Shown in pieces: positions 1-9,114 of a stretch of DNA of 52,877 nucleotides. The notes beneath the pieces are model-generated. The model did no database searches. It saw nothing but the letters and a program-made list of their open reading frames with translations, and was not told where the DNA came from. The position numbers were made by a program, and so were the translations under genes. The first letter of the stretch is position 1. Each line of letters begins with the position of its first letter. The DNA comes from Desulfobacterales bacterium (GTDB lineage: Bacteria > Desulfobacterota > Desulfobacteria > Desulfobacterales > UBA5852): the NCBI GenBank assembly GCA_030065585.1, contig JASJED010000001.1:1-52877 (forward strand). The letters are read 5' to 3'.

Positions 1-379
1 GGGCCTCTTGTTGAATGAGAAACTCACCGCAATGCAGACAGGTAGCCGCGCGGCCCTGTCGGGTACCGCAATGCGGGCATTGGACCTCGTTGCCGGCGGG
101 TGTTGGTGCACGGCTGTCACCGTCGTGGCTGTCGGTTGGTGGATGGGAGGCGCTGATTGCCTCTAACTCGAAGACCACACCGCAGCGGGCCGCCGCGGCG
201 ACGATCTTCTCACCCTTGATCTGCGAGACATCTTTGCTGACCGTAACCATTTCGCCGGCGAACAGAGCATCCAGTTTCTCGGGAGCCAGCTTGAAAATTT
301 CGGCCAGCTTATCTTTGGCCTCGTCAATATCGCAGCCCAGTAAAAATTCGCCACGAAAAACGACATTATAACGATCCAT
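1..379 (-). CDS. hypothetical protein with C-terminal zinc ribbon (3' end runs off the window)
   Basis: My own minus-strand translation from the ATG at 379-377 gives MDRYNVVFRGEFLLGCDIDEAKDKLAEIFKLAPEKLDALFAGEMVTVSKDVSQIKGEKIV...NEVQCPHCGTRQGRAATCLHCGEFLIQQEA. It stays open to position 1. It is missing from the ORF track because no stop lies in the window. It has a CPHC-x10-CLHC motif. Confidence 0.5.
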   Translation of the reverse strand, partial: MDRYNVVFRGEFLLGCDIDEAKDKLAEIFKLAPEKLDALFAGEMVTVSKDVSQIKGEKIVAAAARCGVVFELEAISASHPPTDSHDGDSRAPTPAGNEVQCPHCGTRQGRAATCLHCGEFLIQQEA

Positions 380-676
380 ACCACAAATCCTGCCAAACCG
401 TGATTTATCGTCGGATTTAACGGTTATGGCCTAAGAATGCGGGCCCGCATCATTTCCCCGGGGACCTAATCACCGCATAGCATTGTCGGGAAAAGCCGCC
501 GCCAGCACAACAACGCCCGCCTCACTCAAGGGATTTCAAAGATTGCCCCCCGGTCCGGAAGCAGGCGAAGGCCGTAAACGGCGCCATGAATTCAAACCAA
601 TTGGAATTCTATCAAAAGGTTAGGGAACTGGCAACCCGGAGACGACCGCCATCAATTCATTCATATGTTCCGGCGG

Positions 677-1333
677 TCAACCGGCCGCTTTAGGTGACAT
701 TCGAGTCAGCAAGATCGTGATGGCTTGCGATTCACTGCGCAGGGTTTGCTTGGAGATCTGGATGTTAAAAACGGACTGCATCCCATCGAAAAAGGCCTTG
801 TTCGTCTGGCGGATTTCCCCGGCCAACAGAATCTCACCGCTTGGTTTGAGAAGGGTCTGGAAAAGGATTCGCATGGCCTTGAAATCGCTTTCTCTATAAA
901 TCAGCTCCGATCCCAAGATGACATCGAATTGCTCGTTCAGATCCAATCGGTTCCAGTCCAGGCGGCATATCCGGGCATTGGTGCAGCTGTTTTCCAACCG
1001 ATTGGCCTCAAGGAAGGCCAGGGCGTTCGGGTCGTATTCCGAAATGGTGATCCGGTGTCCAAACGCGGCGGCAACCAGGCCGGCCACCCCCAAGCCGGCG
1101 CCCAACTCGATCATACGCTCGTCCTTGCGGACCGGCCGCGCCGCCAGTTGGGAGGCCAGGAGCAGAGACGCCTCCCAGATTTTAGACCATAGGGGAAAAT
1201 CGCGCAGAGGATCTTGCGGATCGATGAAGGGCTCGATCGTGCGCGGCACGTGAAACCGAAAAGGCCGACCGCCTATGGCCAAATCCGCGATTTCGGTAGC
1301 GTAGGTCGCCTTGAACTGATCCATTGTAAACAT
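677..1333 (-). CDS. class I SAM-dependent methyltransferase (Methyltransf_16 / protein-lysine MTase-like)
   Basis: ORF 677..1345. Motif I is IELGAGLGVAGLVAA, followed by ITISEYD and ILGSELIY. I moved the start to the ATG at 1333 because the TTG at 1345 sits 1 nt after the AGGAGG. Confidence 0.85.
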   Translation of the reverse strand: MFTMDQFKATYATEIADLAIGGRPFRFHVPRTIEPFIDPQDPLRDFPLWSKIWEASLLLASQLAARPVRKDERMIELGAGLGVAGLVAAAFGHRITISEYDPNALAFLEANRLENSCTNARICRLDWNRLDLNEQFDVILGSELIYRESDFKAMRILFQTLLKPSGEILLAGEIRQTNKAFFDGMQSVFNIQISKQTLRSESQAITILLTRMSPKAAG

Positions 1334-1408
1334 GATCGACGCCAATCCTCCTGAGCGGAATGCCTGCCGCGCATGACATCCATTGTGTGGCGCACGGATG
1401 CTTCAATC

Positions 1409-1888
1409 TCAATCCACATCCACACCGGCCGGCCGCATCATATTAATGTGTGCAATGCCGTCCTCGTCGTAGGGCGCCCCGATAGGACGGAAGCCAAATT
1501 GGCAGTAAAAAGCCTCCAGATAAGTTTGGGCCGCAACCCGAATGGCATGCCCCGGATAGGCCTTATCACATTTTTCGATTGCCTGCTTAAGGGCGATGCT
1601 GGCGAGGCGCCTGCCTCGCATGGCCTTGACGGTCAGTAAACGGCCAATCGATGGCTCGGCATAGCGCGAACCCGGTGGAATGACGCGTAAGTAAGCCACA
1701 AGCTGGGCGTCTTCATCACGGCCGGTCAGATGCCAAGCCGCATGATCCAAGTCATCGGCATCTTGATAGGCGCATCGCTGCTCGAGGATAAAAACGCTTT
1801 GGCGGGCTGCCAGGATATCATGCAGCTCGCGTGCGGTTAAGTTTTGTAGCCGTGACCATTGCCATTTTACAGTGATATCAGTCGTCAT
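1409..1888 (-). CDS. GNAT family N-acetyltransferase (ElaA-like)
   Basis: ORF 1409..1939. LHDILAARQSVFILEQRCAYQDADDLD...HLTG and the RGRRLASIALKQAIE acetyl-CoA pocket match ElaA-type GNATs. The internal ATG at 1888 (MTTDITVKWQ) gives the typical length. It overlaps the upstream gene's stop by 11 nt. Confidence 0.85.
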   Translation of the reverse strand: MTTDITVKWQWSRLQNLTARELHDILAARQSVFILEQRCAYQDADDLDHAAWHLTGRDEDAQLVAYLRVIPPGSRYAEPSIGRLLTVKAMRGRRLASIALKQAIEKCDKAYPGHAIRVAAQTYLEAFYCQFGFRPIGAPYDEDGIAHINMMRPAGVDVD

Positions 1889-2684
1889 GGATGGCGGCCG
1901 GCATTTGTCGGGCGAAGCGCTGGCGCTGTAAAAATGCACGCAGCTGCTGGAGGTGTTTGCGGAGGCGGCCGATCCGACGCTGGAACCGGGCCGATTGGTC
2001 GGCGGGCTCAGTGGAAGACGGCGTGTTTCCCTTGGTGTTTGGCGAGACCTGTGCCTTCATTTTGCTTTTAAGGATTTTAATTCTGCGATCAATCACGGCC
2101 CAATGGGTTTGAGGAACCTCTTGTCGTAGTGTTTGGTAAAGGCGCAACGCCGTATGGTGGTAACCGCGCCGCTCCATATCCAAGGCAAAGGCGGCCCGCA
2201 TTGTGATCCGGTTGCGGCCGTTGGCATGCGTCTGGTGGATGATCTGCTCGATGGCGTCTTCGATGGTGTCCAAGGAGTGGATGCCCAACAGGCAGTCCGT
2301 CAAACCGCGAATGAAATGGGTGACCGGAAGCTTCCGGCGGATCAATTTGCAATACTCTTCAACCCCGGCCGCGAACAGGCCGATGTCTCCCAGGGCCGTG
2401 GCACTGGTGAGAATGTCGTTGGTCGTGTCGGCTCCCCGCCAACTGCATTTGAGGATGTTCATATCCCGGTCGGAAACAAAATCCACCAGATCCACCTCCA
2501 AGGCCGCCAACTCATCCTCGATGGTCAGAATCTGTTCACGCAACGATTTACTCAGGCGTACGCCCAGCGTATCGGTATTGCTGAGAACATCCCGATACAA
2601 TTGCTGTGCTTCCTCGAACAGGCCCTGGGAGCGATAAAGCTCAGCCTCACGTCGCGTAAATGCAATGGTAAGCTTATTGCCCAT
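1878..2684 (-). CDS. hypothetical protein (helical, TPR-like N-terminus)
   Basis: ORF 1878..2762. The likely start is MGNKLTIAFTRREAELYRSQGLFEEAQQLYRDVL at 2684. I recognise no family. It is the longest coherent frame here. Confidence 0.6.
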   Translation of the reverse strand: MGNKLTIAFTRREAELYRSQGLFEEAQQLYRDVLSNTDTLGVRLSKSLREQILTIEDELAALEVDLVDFVSDRDMNILKCSWRGADTTNDILTSATALGDIGLFAAGVEEYCKLIRRKLPVTHFIRGLTDCLLGIHSLDTIEDAIEQIIHQTHANGRNRITMRAAFALDMERRGYHHTALRLYQTLRQEVPQTHWAVIDRRIKILKSKMKAQVSPNTKGNTPSSTEPADQSARFQRRIGRLRKHLQQLRAFLQRQRFARQMPAAIHDD

Positions 2685-3035
2685 GCCGCTTTCCGAGCAC
2701 AATCGGATCTGTTGTGAAGGTTTTCGGGATCGCCAAAACGAAAGTCCCCATGGGAAGGGCATACAATGAAGCAGGTGGCGTCGTCAATGTCCTCGCCCGG
2801 ACTCAAGCCACCACGAAATTCGGCCGTATCGGTTAATCGTGCCAAATCGTTGAAAATTAGAATCTATTTGATGGAAAAACGACTTAACCGTGGCTAATTC
2901 GCGGTCCAAAGAGCTAAATGCGCTAAGATGGCATATTTATCGGGATATTCGATTTGACCGGGGTAGAAAATATATTTATGGTATAGGTTATTTAGATGAC
3001 AACTTAATCAACAAAAGGGCGGCGATGGAGACCGC

Positions 3036-4349
3036 ATGTGCACGTCACCTGTTACTCGTAAATCCATCCTGATCGTGGATGACGTAAAGATTGTTCGGGA
3101 TACCCTGCGGCTGACGTTGAAGGGCGACTATGAAATGCTTGTTGCCGCCAACGCCCGCCAGGCACTGGGCCACTTTCAGCAACACCCCATCGATCTCGTT
3201 TTGCTGGACGTGCTGCTGCCGGACATGAATGGGATCGACCTGCTGAGAAAAATCAAACAAATCGCCCCCGCCACAAGGGTGATCATGTTAACGGCGGTTC
3301 AGGACATTAAGACCGCGGTGGACGCCATGAAGGCAGGGGCCTTCGATTTTCTGCCCAAACCTTTGGCAATCGATCAGATCCACCCGCTGGTCGAGCGGGC
3401 GCTGGCGCTTCAAGACACAGGTTTTGAGCGTCAATCCAACCAAACCGTTGGGGATCGGCTGGGCTGGGATGCGACCATGGGCAGCGTTTATAAACTTATC
3501 GATTGCATATCGCCCTGCGATGGCAACGTGCTGATTCAGGGCGCAAACGGCACCGGCAAAAAACACATTGCCCGCGCCCTGCACAACCGCAGCGCGCGCG
3601 GCGTCGGTCCCTACGTGGCCGTCAACTGTGCGGCTGTTCCCGCCCCGTTAATGGAACGAACGCTTTTCGGGCCCGATCGCGGGGTAAACAACGACGCCTC
3701 GATCGAAGGCCGCAGCAAAATCGAACTGGCACAGACTGGAACCCTTTTTATAGATAATATCAATTATTTATCGATTGAAATCCAAACCAAACTTCAAGGC
3801 CTTATCCAACATAAAGAAGCCGATGTCCGCATCATTGCCGCCACCAACCAGCATTTAAAGGCTCTTGTCGATGCCGGCTTGTTTCGAAAGGATCTCTATA
3901 ATCGCCTTAGCGAGCTGCCGATTGATCTTGTGCTTCTTCGCCAAAGAGGTGACGACATCGGATTGCTGCTTGAGCATTTCCTGAAGCAGAATGCCCTTCA
4001 AAACGGTTTGCCGCGCAAGCACTTCTCGCCCCATGCCCGATCCACATTAAAAACCTGCGATTGGCCGGGCAACGTGAGGGAATTTGAACACCTGATCGAA
4101 CGACTCTGCACCCTTAGCCGGAAACGCACGATGAGGACGGCCAATCTTCCAAAACGCCGGCCACCGGTTCAATCATCCCCGAAAATGGGCTTGAAATTGA
4201 AAAACGCCATCCGTGCCTTCGAACGGCAATATATCCTGGACACTTTGAAGGCGGTCGACGGTAGCAAGGCAAAAGCCGCCCGACGTCTGGGGATCCATCG
4301 CAACACATTGCGAACGAAAACCAAAGCACTGGGGATTGCTGTCGACTGA
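3036..4349 (+). CDS. NtrC-family response regulator (REC + AAA+ + Fis-type HTH) with degenerate sigma-54 contact loop and Walker B
   Basis: REC domain: IVDD, DLVLLDVLLPDMNG, IMLTA, FLPKP. Walker A: GANGTGKK. VRIIAATN and PGNVREF are present. C-terminal HTH: AARRLGIHRNTLRTKTKALGI. GVNNDA (3681-3698) replaces GAFTGA, and FIDN (D-N at 3753-3758) replaces FLDE. Confidence 0.9.
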   Translation: MCTSPVTRKSILIVDDVKIVRDTLRLTLKGDYEMLVAANARQALGHFQQHPIDLVLLDVLLPDMNGIDLLRKIKQIAPATRVIMLTAVQDIKTAVDAMKAGAFDFLPKPLAIDQIHPLVERALALQDTGFERQSNQTVGDRLGWDATMGSVYKLIDCISPCDGNVLIQGANGTGKKHIARALHNRSARGVGPYVAVNCAAVPAPLMERTLFGPDRGVNNDASIEGRSKIELAQTGTLFIDNINYLSIEIQTKLQGLIQHKEADVRIIAATNQHLKALVDAGLFRKDLYNRLSELPIDLVLLRQRGDDIGLLLEHFLKQNALQNGLPRKHFSPHARSTLKTCDWPGNVREFEHLIERLCTLSRKRTMRTANLPKRRPPVQSSPKMGLKLKNAIRAFERQYILDTLKAVDGSKAKAARRLGIHRNTLRTKTKALGIAVD

Positions 4350-4653
4350 CCAAATCGTCTGCCACGCGGCCTCGTCTTGAGCCGCATGGATCAACGCGTC
4401 CCTCCGACCTGAAATTGAGAGCAAACCCACACCGGCGCGTGACAATGGTTACCAGTGCCGATAAGCGGCCCCACGTTCACCGGTTATGAAATGCGTAGGC
4501 CCCGCGATTAACGCCTCGAATTAGGTTCCTAAAAACAGGCTTCGATCTTGTTGCCGACAGCGCTTTCTGCTAAGGGACATGCCTGATTGTTAGGTATCGT
4601 CTGCCGTCACCGACCAATAGGCCCGATCCAGCCACAGGGATTAACCCAGATCC

Positions 4654-5781
4654 ATGAAAAAGCGCCTTTTCATCGCCATTATTCTTTTATGCGGCATTGC
4701 CGGCATCCTGGGTGGAATCAAGTATTTGCAGATCGACCGCATGACGGCTCAAGGCAAGCAATCCATGCCCGCCACCACGGTGACCGTCGCCGATGTCACC
4801 CAAATGCGCTGGGAATCACGCCTTACGGCCGTGGGTTCACTCAAAGCCGTCCAGGGGGTAACGGTAACGGCCGAACTGACGGGGAAAGTGGACCGGATCG
4901 CATTTAAATCCGGTGCGTTCGTTGAAACCGGCGATCTCCTCGTCCAGCAGGATATTGCTTCAGCCAAAGCACAGCTGCGCGCCGCCCAGGCCACCCTGGC
5001 CCTCTCCCGGGCCAATCATGACCGTGCCAAGGAGCTGCGCAGCGAGCAAGTGGTCACCCAGGCGGCTTATGATCAGGCCTTGGCCAGTCTCAGGCAGGCC
5101 CGGGCGGAAATCGACAGGGTTCAGGCCATCATCGATAAAAAAACTATTCGGGCGCCTTTTGCCGGCCGCCTGGGAATCCGCCGCATCGATCTGGGCCAGA
5201 TCATCAAGGAGGGCGATCCCATTGTCTCGCTCCAATCTTTGGATCCCATCTTTGTCGATTTCCTGCTGCCCCAAAACCAGCTAGCCCAATTAGCACCGGG
5301 GCTGGGCGTACGCGTTACCGCCGATGTCCTGGCGCAGGCAACCGTCACCGGCCAGATTACGGCCATCAATCCTCAGGTGGAGGCGGATACACGTAATATC
5401 CGGATCCAGGCGACACTGCGCAATGAGGATGAAAAACTGCTTCCCGGCATGTTCGTCAATGTGGAGGTCCTTTTACCCGAAAAGACGCCGGTATTGGCAA
5501 TCCCGGCCACGGCCGTCCTTTACGCGCCTTACAGTGATTCGGTTTTCATCGTGGAAGCAGGGCAAACCGAAACGAATGAAAGCCCTGATATGCACCTGCG
5601 TCAACAATTTGTGCGGCTGGGCCCCACCCAGGGCGACTTCGTCTCGGTGCGCGAGGGACTGGCCGTGGGCCAGAAGGTGGTCAGTACCGGTGTGTTCAAG
5701 CTGCGCAACGGGCAAAAGGTCATTATCGACAACAAACTGGCCCCGACGTTTAAAACCGCACCCCAGCCGGATGATACCTGA
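4654..5781 (+). CDS. efflux RND transporter periplasmic adaptor (membrane fusion protein, HlyD/AcrA family)
   Basis: N-terminal TM/signal sequence MKKRLFIAIILLCGIAGIL. Coiled-coil AKAQLRAAQATLALSRANHDRAKEL. IRAPFAGRLG and beta-barrel motifs typical of MFPs. Confidence 0.9.
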   Translation: MKKRLFIAIILLCGIAGILGGIKYLQIDRMTAQGKQSMPATTVTVADVTQMRWESRLTAVGSLKAVQGVTVTAELTGKVDRIAFKSGAFVETGDLLVQQDIASAKAQLRAAQATLALSRANHDRAKELRSEQVVTQAAYDQALASLRQARAEIDRVQAIIDKKTIRAPFAGRLGIRRIDLGQIIKEGDPIVSLQSLDPIFVDFLLPQNQLAQLAPGLGVRVTADVLAQATVTGQITAINPQVEADTRNIRIQATLRNEDEKLLPGMFVNVEVLLPEKTPVLAIPATAVLYAPYSDSVFIVEAGQTETNESPDMHLRQQFVRLGPTQGDFVSVREGLAVGQKVVSTGVFKLRNGQKVIIDNKLAPTFKTAPQPDDT

Positions 5782-5879
5782 CAACACCCCATCGGAAATG
5801 GGGACCACAGTTAACCCAGCGCGCATCGGTTAAGGCATGCGGCTCTAAACGGCGCCCCGGCGCCCGGTGAATACCCGTT

Positions 5880-8800
5880 ATGAAATTTACCGATATCTTT
5901 ATCCGCCGCCCGGTCCTGGCCCTGGTGGTCAATCTGCTGATCATCATCGCCGGCCTTCAAGCCATCCGTTCGCTCAACGTCCGCCAGTATCCCCGCAGCG
6001 ACAACGCGGCCGTCACCGTAACGACCGTCTACGTTGGGGCCAGCGCCGATCTCGTGCGGGGCTTCATCACCTCCCCCCTCGAGCGCGCCATCGCCGCCGC
6101 CGACGGGATCGACTATATCCAGTCCCAGAGCGCCCTGGGGCTTTCCACCATCACCGTGCGCCTCAAACTGAACTACGACCCCATCAAAGCCCTGTCGGAA
6201 ATCAGCGCCAAAGTCGACCAGGTCCGGGGTGATCTGCCCCCGGAAGCCGAGGTGCCGGAGATCAATGTCGAATCGGCGGACAGCCGTTTTGCATCCGCCT
6301 ACCTGAGCTTTACCTCGGATGTGCTCAAGCAGAATGAAATCACCGATTATCTGGTGCGCGTCGTTCAGCCGCAGCTCTCGGCCTTAGAAGGGGTCCAGCG
6401 GGCCGATATCCTGGGCGCCCGCACCTTTGCCATGCGCATCTGGCTCAAACCCGAACGCATGGCCGCGCTCAACATCAGTCCGGTACAGGTGCGCCAAGCC
6501 CTGGAAGCCAACAATTTCCTGGCCGCCGTGGGGAGCACCAAGGGGGCCCTGGTGCAGGTGAATCTGGTGGCCAATACCGACCTGCGCTCGGTGGATGAAT
6601 TCAAACGCCTGGTTATCAAGCAGGAGGGGGGCGCCATCGTGCGTCTGCAGGATATCGCCGATGTCGTCCTGGGGGCAGAAGACTACGATACCGAAGTGCG
6701 GTTTTCAGGCCAGACCGCCGTCTTCATGGGCATCTGGCCGCTCCCCAACGCCAATTCGCTAGATGTCATCGATCGGGTGCGAACGGCCATGGCAGCGATC
6801 CTGCAGCAGCTGCCCAGTGGTATGGAGGCCCGGATTGCTTACGATGCCACCAACTACATCCGCAACGCCATCCGTGAAGTAATAAAAACCCTGAGCGAAA
6901 CCCTGCTGATCGTGGTGGTCATCATCTTTCTCTTTCTGGGCTCGATCCGCTCCGCCATTGTCCCCGTGGTGGCCATCCCGCTGTCGCTCATCGGCGGGGT
7001 CTTTCTGATGCAAGCTTTCGGTTTTACCGTCAACCTGCTGACCCTGCTGGCCATCGTCCTGTCGGTGGGTCTGGTGGTGGACGATGCCATTGTCGTCGTC
7101 GAAAACGTGGAGCGCCACCTGAGCGAGGGGCAGTCACCCATCGATGCCGCCCTGCTGGGCGCCCGTGAACTAATCTCTCCCTTGATCGCCATGACGATTA
7201 CCCTGGCGGCGGTCTACGCCCCCATCGGTTTGCAGGGTGGGCTGACCGGTTCCCTGTTCCGGGAATTCGCCTTTACCCTGGCCGGTGCCGTGGTAATATC
7301 CGGGGTGGTGGCCCTGACCCTTTCGCCGGTCATGTCCTCCAAGCTTCTGGTGGAAGGCATGTCCGAGCGGGGCTTCGCCGGCAGGGTCTCCCGCATCTTC
7401 ACGCGCGTCCGAGACTTTTACGGGCGCACATTGGACGCCACCCTCAACGCCCGGCCGGCCGTATATCTGGTCTGGTTTGGGGTAAGCCTCCTGACCGTTC
7501 CCATGTTTGTGATGTCAGCCAAGGAACTCGCCCCTAAAGAAGATCAGGGCGTCATCTTCGGCATCCTGGAAGCATCCGCCAACGCCACACTGGACCAGAC
7601 CAGCCTTTATGCCGCCGCTGCCAATGAAGTCTTTCTGGGGATACCGGAAACCGAATTCACCTTCCAGATAACCTCACCGTCGTCAGGTTTCGGGGGCATG
7701 GTGGTCAAGCCCTGGGATGAGCGCAGCCGTCACATCAACCAGATTTTGCCGGAAGTCCAGTATCGACTGATGCAAATTCCGGGAATCCGCATGTTTCCGG
7801 TCACCCCGGCGGCCTTGCCGGGAGGAGGTCAGTTTCCGGTGGAGTTTTTTCTGGCCTCCACGGCCGAACCTGGACAAATCCTGCAGTTTGCACGGCAGAT
7901 CCAGCTCAAAGCGATCCAGAGCGGCATGTTCGCCTTTCCACCGATCATCGACGTTAAAATCGATCAACCCCAGTCACGGCTGGTCATCGACCGCGACAAG
8001 GTGGCCGATCTGGGGCTCAACCTCCAGCAGGTGGGCGCCGACCTGGCGTCCATGATCGGCGGCAACTACGTCAACCGCTTCAATATCGCCGGGCGCAGCT
8101 ATAAGGTCATTCCCCAGATCAAACGCCAGGAGCGTCTTAACCCGGAACAGTTGCCAAACATTTACGTGACGGGGCCCAGTGGCCAGTTGGTGCCTTTGAG
8201 CACGGTGGCCACCATCGAGAACACCACCGTGCCGCGGTCCCTCAACCGTTTTCAGCAGCTCAACGCCGTATCTATCAGTGGCGTCCCGGTTCGCCCTCTG
8301 GATGAAGCTCTGCGGTTTTTGGAGACCGAAGCCGCTAAAACGCTGCCCAAGGATTACGTACTTGACTATACAGGCGAATCGCGCCAGCTACGCACGGAGG
8401 GCAACACCTTTATCCAGGCCTTCGGACTGGCCGTGGTGCTTATATTTCTTGTCTTGGCCGCTCAGTTCAACAGTTTCCGCGACCCCTTCGTCATTCTGGC
8501 CGGCTCGGTTCCCCTGGCCATGTTCGGGGCGCTGGTCTTCACCTTTCTAAAAATGCCCGACCCCGGTATTCCTTTCTGGACCCACGGGTGGACCACGACC
8601 CTCAACATTTACTCCCAGGTCGGCCTGGTGACATTGGTCGGTCTGGTGTCCAAAAACGGTATCCTCATCGTGGAATTTGCCAACAAACTTCAGGCTCAGG
8701 GGTTGGCCAAGCGTGCTGCCGTCCATGAGGCGGCCATGACACGCCTGCGGCCGATCCTGATGACCACCGGCGCCACAATTGCCGGGCACTTCCCCCTTGT

Positions 8801-8948
8801 GCTGGTCACCGGAGCCGGCGCGGCGGCCCGCAACTCCATCGGCCTGGTATTGGTGGGCGGCATGGCCATCGGGACCCTATTCACCCTCTTCGTGATTCCA
8901 TCGATCTACATGCTGATCGCACGCGACCATGCCCCCAAAGCGCCATAG
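5880..8948 (+). CDS. RND efflux permease (AcrB/MdtB/MdtC family)
   Basis: 1022 aa. The N-terminus MKFTDIFIRRPVLALVVNLLIIIAGLQAIRSLNVRQYP and the motif VGLVVDDAIVVVENVERH are hallmarks of HAE1-type RND pumps. No outer-membrane factor gene follows. Confidence 0.95.
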   Translation: MKFTDIFIRRPVLALVVNLLIIIAGLQAIRSLNVRQYPRSDNAAVTVTTVYVGASADLVRGFITSPLERAIAAADGIDYIQSQSALGLSTITVRLKLNYDPIKALSEISAKVDQVRGDLPPEAEVPEINVESADSRFASAYLSFTSDVLKQNEITDYLVRVVQPQLSALEGVQRADILGARTFAMRIWLKPERMAALNISPVQVRQALEANNFLAAVGSTKGALVQVNLVANTDLRSVDEFKRLVIKQEGGAIVRLQDIADVVLGAEDYDTEVRFSGQTAVFMGIWPLPNANSLDVIDRVRTAMAAILQQLPSGMEARIAYDATNYIRNAIREVIKTLSETLLIVVVIIFLFLGSIRSAIVPVVAIPLSLIGGVFLMQAFGFTVNLLTLLAIVLSVGLVVDDAIVVVENVERHLSEGQSPIDAALLGARELISPLIAMTITLAAVYAPIGLQGGLTGSLFREFAFTLAGAVVISGVVALTLSPVMSSKLLVEGMSERGFAGRVSRIFTRVRDFYGRTLDATLNARPAVYLVWFGVSLLTVPMFVMSAKELAPKEDQGVIFGILEASANATLDQTSLYAAAANEVFLGIPETEFTFQITSPSSGFGGMVVKPWDERSRHINQILPEVQYRLMQIPGIRMFPVTPAALPGGGQFPVEFFLASTAEPGQILQFARQIQLKAIQSGMFAFPPIIDVKIDQPQSRLVIDRDKVADLGLNLQQVGADLASMIGGNYVNRFNIAGRSYKVIPQIKRQERLNPEQLPNIYVTGPSGQLVPLSTVATIENTTVPRSLNRFQQLNAVSISGVPVRPLDEALRFLETEAAKTLPKDYVLDYTGESRQLRTEGNTFIQAFGLAVVLIFLVLAAQFNSFRDPFVILAGSVPLAMFGALVFTFLKMPDPGIPFWTHGWTTTLNIYSQVGLVTLVGLVSKNGILIVEFANKLQAQGLAKRAAVHEAAMTRLRPILMTTGATIAGHFPLVLVTGAGAAARNSIGLVLVGGMAIGTLFTLFVIPSIYMLIARDHAPKAP

Positions 8949-9114
8949 CGCTGAGGGTATGGTTTTTCTCCTATATATGCCACGAATTGTCAGGGTTGGG
9001 TTAAGACTGAGGCCCCGGCAGATAACACCCCTCTGTACCCACCGCGATGTAGGGCGAGAAAACCGGGCAGACCCGCCGAAAATTAACGAAACGGCGGGGC
9101 GCACGATCACGGGG

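Noticed and set aside
2763-3035. A search for sigma-54 -24/-12 promoters (TGGCAC-N5-TTGC) near the enhancer-binding-protein gene and upstream of the RND genes (also 4350-4653). TGGCAT at ~2929 was the closest.
   Set aside because: None has a correctly spaced GC (-12) element. No convincing sigma-54 promoter could be called.
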